A stretch of 11,195 nt of DNA. It comes from Gemmatimonadota bacterium. Its GTDB lineage: Bacteria; Latescibacterota; UBA2968; UBA8231. The position numbers and the translations under genes were made by a program. Where the stretch lies: the NCBI GenBank assembly GCA_038153405.1, contig JAYOYH010000089.1:1-11195 (forward strand), in the 5' to 3' direction. Shown here piece by piece: positions 7,874-11,195 of the stretch. The notes beneath the pieces were generated by a model. That model ran no database searches. It saw nothing but the letters and a program-made list of their open reading frames with translations, and had not been told where the DNA came from. Position 1 is the stretch's first letter, and every line of letters begins with the position of its first letter.

Positions 7874-9016
7874 ATGCCGATGCACCGCGCATTCAACGCA
7901 GGATGGATTCTCTTTGCATATTTATTCACCTTCACCGCCCACGCCGTCCAATTCGACCCGGGCGAGAATCCACCCTACGCCGCGGCCATTCTCGTAGAAG
8001 CCGAAACGGGCACCGTTCTCTTTTCGCACAAGGCCCATGACCAGCGCTCACCGGCCAGCACGCAAAAATTACTGCTCGAACTGGTCGCGATGGAACAGAT
8101 AGAGAGTGGTCAATTCTCGCTGGCCGACTCGGTGCGCGTGTCGGCGCGCGCTTCGCGCATCGGCGGCTCGCAGGTCTTTCTCGCGCAGGGCGAGGTATTT
8201 CGCCTCGAAGAATTGCTGGAGGCCGTAGTCATACCCTCGGCCAACGACGCCTGCGTCGCCATAGCAGAATATATCGGCGGCTCCGTCGAGGGCTACGTCG
8301 ACATGATGAACGCGCGCGTCCTGCAGCTAGGGCTGCGCAACACGCGCTGCGTCAACGTCCACGGCCTTGACGATACACCGATGGACAACCGCAACCTGAC
8401 CACCGCCTACGACCTGGCGCAGATTGCCCGCGCCCTGTTGCACTATCCGCAGGTGCTGCAGTGGTCGTCCATCCGCTATAAGCCGTTCCGCAGCGGCGAA
8501 TTTATGCTCTATACGACCAACAAGCTGCTCGGCAAATTTGAAGGCATAGACGGTCTTAAAACCGGCTATACCCAGCGCGCTGGATCCTGCTTGGTCGCCA
8601 CGGCCAAGCGCCAAGACATGCGTCTGGTCTCCGTCGTGCTCGGCGCGCGCTCCGAGCGACTGCGCGATCGCGAGACGCGGCGGCTAATAGACTGGGGCTT
8701 CAACACCTTCTCGCGCGTTCCCATTGCCGATGCGGGCGAAGTGATGGGTACGGTCGCGCTCGACTGGGGCCTCGAACCACATGTGCGCGCTCTCGTACCC
8801 GAAGTCGCCACGGCCATCTTAAGTCCCGAACAGGAGCGCGCACTGCAGCGCCAGCTCAATCTACCCGCACAGCTACCCGCCCCCATAGAGGAAGGCGCAG
8901 CGCTCGGCCGCCTGACGATATCGCTCGGCGACAGCCTGCTCCTAGAGATGCCCATCGTCGCCGAGAAGAGCGTCGGCCGCATGGACCTGTGGGACAAATT
9001 AATGAGCTACTTCTAA
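7874..9016 (+). CDS. dacA: D-alanyl-D-alanine carboxypeptidase (peptidase S11, PBP5/6-like)
   Basis: Signal peptide ending AHA, SxxK (PASTQK), SxN (PSANDA), HGLD, KTG (DGLKTGYT), PBP5 C-terminal domain and amphipathic tail (LWDKLMSYF). The start could be 7880. Confidence 0.93.
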   Translation: MPMHRAFNAGWILFAYLFTFTAHAVQFDPGENPPYAAAILVEAETGTVLFSHKAHDQRSPASTQKLLLELVAMEQIESGQFSLADSVRVSARASRIGGSQVFLAQGEVFRLEELLEAVVIPSANDACVAIAEYIGGSVEGYVDMMNARVLQLGLRNTRCVNVHGLDDTPMDNRNLTTAYDLAQIARALLHYPQVLQWSSIRYKPFRSGEFMLYTTNKLLGKFEGIDGLKTGYTQRAGSCLVATAKRQDMRLVSVVLGARSERLRDRETRRLIDWGFNTFSRVPIADAGEVMGTVALDWGLEPHVRALVPEVATAILSPEQERALQRQLNLPAQLPAPIEEGAALGRLTISLGDSLLLEMPIVAEKSVGRMDLWDKLMSYF

Positions 9017-9018
9017 GC

Positions 9019-9450
9019 TCATTTGTGGTAGCGACCGCCGTGCAGTATATCAAATGAGCGATAGAGCGCCTCTAACAGCAGCAGGCGTATGAGCTGATGC
9101 GAAAACGTCAGCTTGGACAGCGACCACTGCTCCCCGACCTGCCCCACCACACCACTGGGCATACCCTCGGCCGCACCGATTACCAGCACGAGATGGGAAA
9201 CGCCGACGTTCATCCACTGCTGTAGCTGCTCGGCTAACCCTTCCGACGAATATTGGCGCCCTTCGACAAAGAGCCCGACGATGCGGCCGGCCTTGAGAAA
9301 GCGCGCAGGCAGCCCGTCGTCGTCCTTCCAGTTTTTAATTGGACAAAGCTCGACATCGGCGTGTCGAGAGAGCCGTTTGGCGTACTCGCTCTCGGCCGCT
9401 TCGACGTCTGCGTTCCTGTTCTTTTGAAACGTGACAATGGATATTTTCAG
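9019..9450 (-). CDS. rlmH: 23S rRNA (pseudouridine1915-N3)-methyltransferase RlmH (SPOUT), probable CTG start
   Basis: The frame of the 64-aa ORF stays open upstream: (L/M)KISIVTFQKNRNADVEAAESEYAKRLSRHADVELCPIKNWKDDDGLPARFLKAGRIVGLFVEGRQYSSEGLAEQLQQWMNVGVSHLVLVIGAAEG..WSLSKLTFSHQLIRLLLLEALYRSFDILHGGRYHK (143 aa). It shows RlmH hallmarks EY.KRL, G...SSE, IG...G, SLS.LT..H, YR...I..G..YHK. Confidence 0.88.
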   Translation of the reverse strand: MKISIVTFQKNRNADVEAAESEYAKRLSRHADVELCPIKNWKDDDGLPARFLKAGRIVGLFVEGRQYSSEGLAEQLQQWMNVGVSHLVLVIGAAEGMPSGVVGQVGEQWSLSKLTFSHQLIRLLLLEALYRSFDILHGGRYHK

Positions 9451-9462
9451 AGCATTCCCATT

Positions 9463-10515
9463 TCAATAATGGTCTGGCGCGATGGCCAGTTGGCGATTGG
9501 CCAGGGGCAGCGTTACGCGCGCACCACCCAGGCGATGCGACTCGGCCACGGCAAAGATCATCTCTTGGCTGCGGCAGGCCAACTCCAGATTGCCCATTGT
9601 ATCGCCGTCGTCGTCCAGCGCGCGCGCCAAATCTTCGATGCCGCGCTGCGTGCCGCTGCCGATTTCGACCGGCGCAACGTCCACGCCCTTGAGCTCTCCG
9701 TATTCATCGAATTGGCGCAGCTGGTAGTCGAGGCTATTGCTCAGCGTGCGCAGCTTTCCCTTGCTGCCGCTCACCTCAAACTCCCACCCGCCCGAGGCCG
9801 TGAGATAGGCGTGTATGCCGCTCTTAAAGCGCACGTAGGCGCTGCTGATGGCCGCGTCTTTTTTTAGCACGTGGCCATCCCAGTCGCCCTCCTCGTCGAC
9901 CAGCGCTCCCTGCACAGAGTCAATTTCGCCGTCACCGGCTAGGAACAGCACCATATCGGCGGCGTGGGTCAGACCCCACTGCGCCGCACTGGCACCGCAG
10001 TGAGCAACGATGGCCTGCACGTCGCCGATGGCCCCCTCGGCGACCAACGCGCGCACGCGCGAATAAACGGGCATGTAGCGGCGCTGCGTGCCGTAGTTAA
10101 ACTTCACGCCGGCCTTACTGCAGGCCGCGCGCATCGCATCCATTTGGCTCACCACATTGCACAGCGGCTTTTCGCAGTATATGCCTCGGACGCCCTTCTC
10201 TGCCGCATAGCAGACAATGGCCGCATGCGGACCGGGGCGCGTAGCCACGGCGACCATGTCCAGATTTTCGGCGTCGATCATCGCCTCATGGTCCGAATAG
10301 GCCGTCTGTGCACCGTAGCGCTGGCGGATCGCCTCGGCCTTTTCGAGGACGGGATCGCATACGGCTACCAGTTCGGTGCGCTCGCTGGCAACGATGGCCG
10401 CCGCATGCGAGTAGGGCAGGAAAATATGCGAATGGGGGCGGTCCTTTACTTCGTCGTCAATGGTGGCACCCATGCGTCCACAGCCGATCAATCCAACGCG
10501 ATATGTGACGGGCAT
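9463..10515 (-). CDS. Gfo/Idh/MocA family NAD(P)-dependent oxidoreductase
   Basis: RVGLIGCGRMG Rossmann motif, LVAVCD, LDMVAVAT, IYCEKP, QRRY, THAAD. SD AGGAG 7 nt before ATG 10515. Confidence 0.92.
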   Translation of the reverse strand: MPVTYRVGLIGCGRMGATIDDEVKDRPHSHIFLPYSHAAAIVASERTELVAVCDPVLEKAEAIRQRYGAQTAYSDHEAMIDAENLDMVAVATRPGPHAAIVCYAAEKGVRGIYCEKPLCNVVSQMDAMRAACSKAGVKFNYGTQRRYMPVYSRVRALVAEGAIGDVQAIVAHCGASAAQWGLTHAADMVLFLAGDGEIDSVQGALVDEEGDWDGHVLKKDAAISSAYVRFKSGIHAYLTASGGWEFEVSGSKGKLRTLSNSLDYQLRQFDEYGELKGVDVAPVEIGSGTQRGIEDLARALDDDGDTMGNLELACRSQEMIFAVAESHRLGGARVTLPLANRQLAIAPDHY

Positions 10516-10546
10516 AGTCTAGCTCCTGTGAGGGGAGAACGCAGGC

Positions 10547-10575
10547 TTGACGCTGCGTATTTTATGCTCTACATT
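10547..10575 (+). promoter_or_regulatory. sigma70-type promoter for tRNA-Val
   Basis: TTGACG (10547-10552), 17 nt, TACATT (10570-10575), about 55 nt upstream of the tRNA. Confidence 0.7.
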
Positions 10576-10630
10576 ATTCAGCTAATCAGCAATTAAGATA
10601 ATTTAAAATGGCCTGTAAAGAGGCCGTTGG

Positions 10631-10707
10631 GGGCGATTAGCTCAGTTGGTTAGAGCGCCTGCTTGACATGCAGGAGGTCGTTGGTTCAAATCCGATATCG
10701 CCCACCA
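10631..10707 (+). tRNA. tRNA-Val (anticodon GAC)
   Basis: Acceptor stem GGGCGAT/ATCGCCC, discriminator A plus encoded CCA. D arm GCTC-AGTTGGTTA-GAGC, anticodon arm CCTGC-TTGACAT-GCAGG (GAC at 10665-10667), T arm GTTGG-TTCAAAT-CCGAT. 77 nt. Confidence 0.97.
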
Positions 10708-10712
10708 TCTGC

Positions 10713-10757
10713 AAAAGCCCTCTGGAAGCAATCCAATGCTTTCGGAGGGCTTTTTTT
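10713..10757 (+). terminator. Intrinsic terminator of the tRNA-Val transcript
   Basis: AAAAGCCCTCTGGAAGCA-loop-TGCTTTCGGAGGGCTTTT long stem (two G-U pairs on +), ending in T7 (10751-10757). Confidence 0.9.
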
Positions 10758-10840
10758 AGTTTAAACCGATATAAAACAGCGGCTGGCCGTACGTAGCATA
10801 GCGGCTACTGACGCATCGTCTATCAATTAGAGCGAGTACC

Positions 10841-11117
10841 ATAGCGAACATTGAGAGCGCATATGACGATTGGGTCGAGCAATACGACACCAATGACAAC
10901 AAAACGCGTGATCTAGATGTCATCGCAACGGTAGAGACGCTGTCAAAGCACTCGTTCAACACGGTATTGGAGTTGGGCTGTGGAACGGGCAAGAACACGC
11001 GGTGGCTGCTGCAGAAAGCAACGCGGCTATCGGTACTTCTCGCAATCAATGCTGCACATTGCCTGCGAGAAGTATCGATAGCCGCGTGCAATTTAAACGG
11101 GCAGATCTAACGTTAGC
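10841..11117 (+). pseudogene. Degraded class I SAM-dependent methyltransferase (N-terminal half)
   Basis: Frame from 10841 reads IANIESAYDDWVEQYDTNDNKTRDLDVIATVETLSKHSFNTVLELGCGTGKNTRWLLQKA, with motif I at 10964-10990. The expected continuation appears in other frames: FSQSMLHIACEK (11037-11072) and IDSRVQFKRADLT (11074-11112). No canonical start upstream of motif I. Confidence 0.8.
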
Positions 11118-11195
11118 GATGCCCATGCCACCTATCCCGTCGACGATATCCCGGCGACAGTCGTGGCGCCCGTGTCCGAACACGCCCTGGGTGAC

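Noticed and set aside
9019..10515. Gfo/Idh/MocA-RlmH fusion by TGA readthrough or selenocysteine (the two genes are in frame, separated by one TGA and 4 codons)
   Set aside because: In-frame placement has a 1-in-3 chance, both proteins look complete alone, no SECIS-like hairpin is evident after the TGA, and TGA is an ordinary stop throughout the window.
9253..10596. 204-aa and 210-aa plus-strand ORFs (9253-9867, 9964-10596)
   Set aside because: Antisense to rlmH and the oxidoreductase, which carry clear family motifs.
10756..11091. 111-aa minus-strand ORF after the tRNA
   Set aside because: It is the antisense of the methyltransferase relic, whose motif I on + explains the region; no motifs of its own.
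1..11195. CRISPR array, IS/integrase, known riboswitch or defence system
   Set aside because: No regularly spaced repeats, transposase/integrase motifs, recognisable riboswitch consensus or defence-gene motifs were seen by eye.

Overview
GC-rich bacterial chromosomal window, mostly core or metabolic genes. On +, a tightly coupled four-gene operon: a 5'-truncated DUF2723/TMEM260-like membrane glycosyltransferase with a TPR tail, a GT2 glycosyltransferase, a UPF0104 (LPG-synthase TM/flippase-like) membrane protein, and a NamZ/DUF1343 exo-beta-N-acetylmuramidase. Then YqgE/AlgH (+), a convergent PhyH-family dioxygenase and MlrC/M81 metallopeptidase (-), a divergent D-Ala-D-Ala carboxypeptidase (+), rlmH and a Gfo/Idh/MocA oxidoreductase (-), and tRNA-Val(GAC) with promoter and terminator (+). 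A frameshifted class I SAM methyltransferase relic follows the tRNA. Two elements are missed or truncated by the ORF track: full-length rlmH, which appears to need a CTG start overlapped by a 4-codon mini-ORF, and the methyltransferase pseudogene. The best candidate for an undescribed system is the putative protein/envelope glycosylation operon translationally coupled to a signal-peptide-less NamZ. All family calls come from motif recognition by eye; no searches were run.
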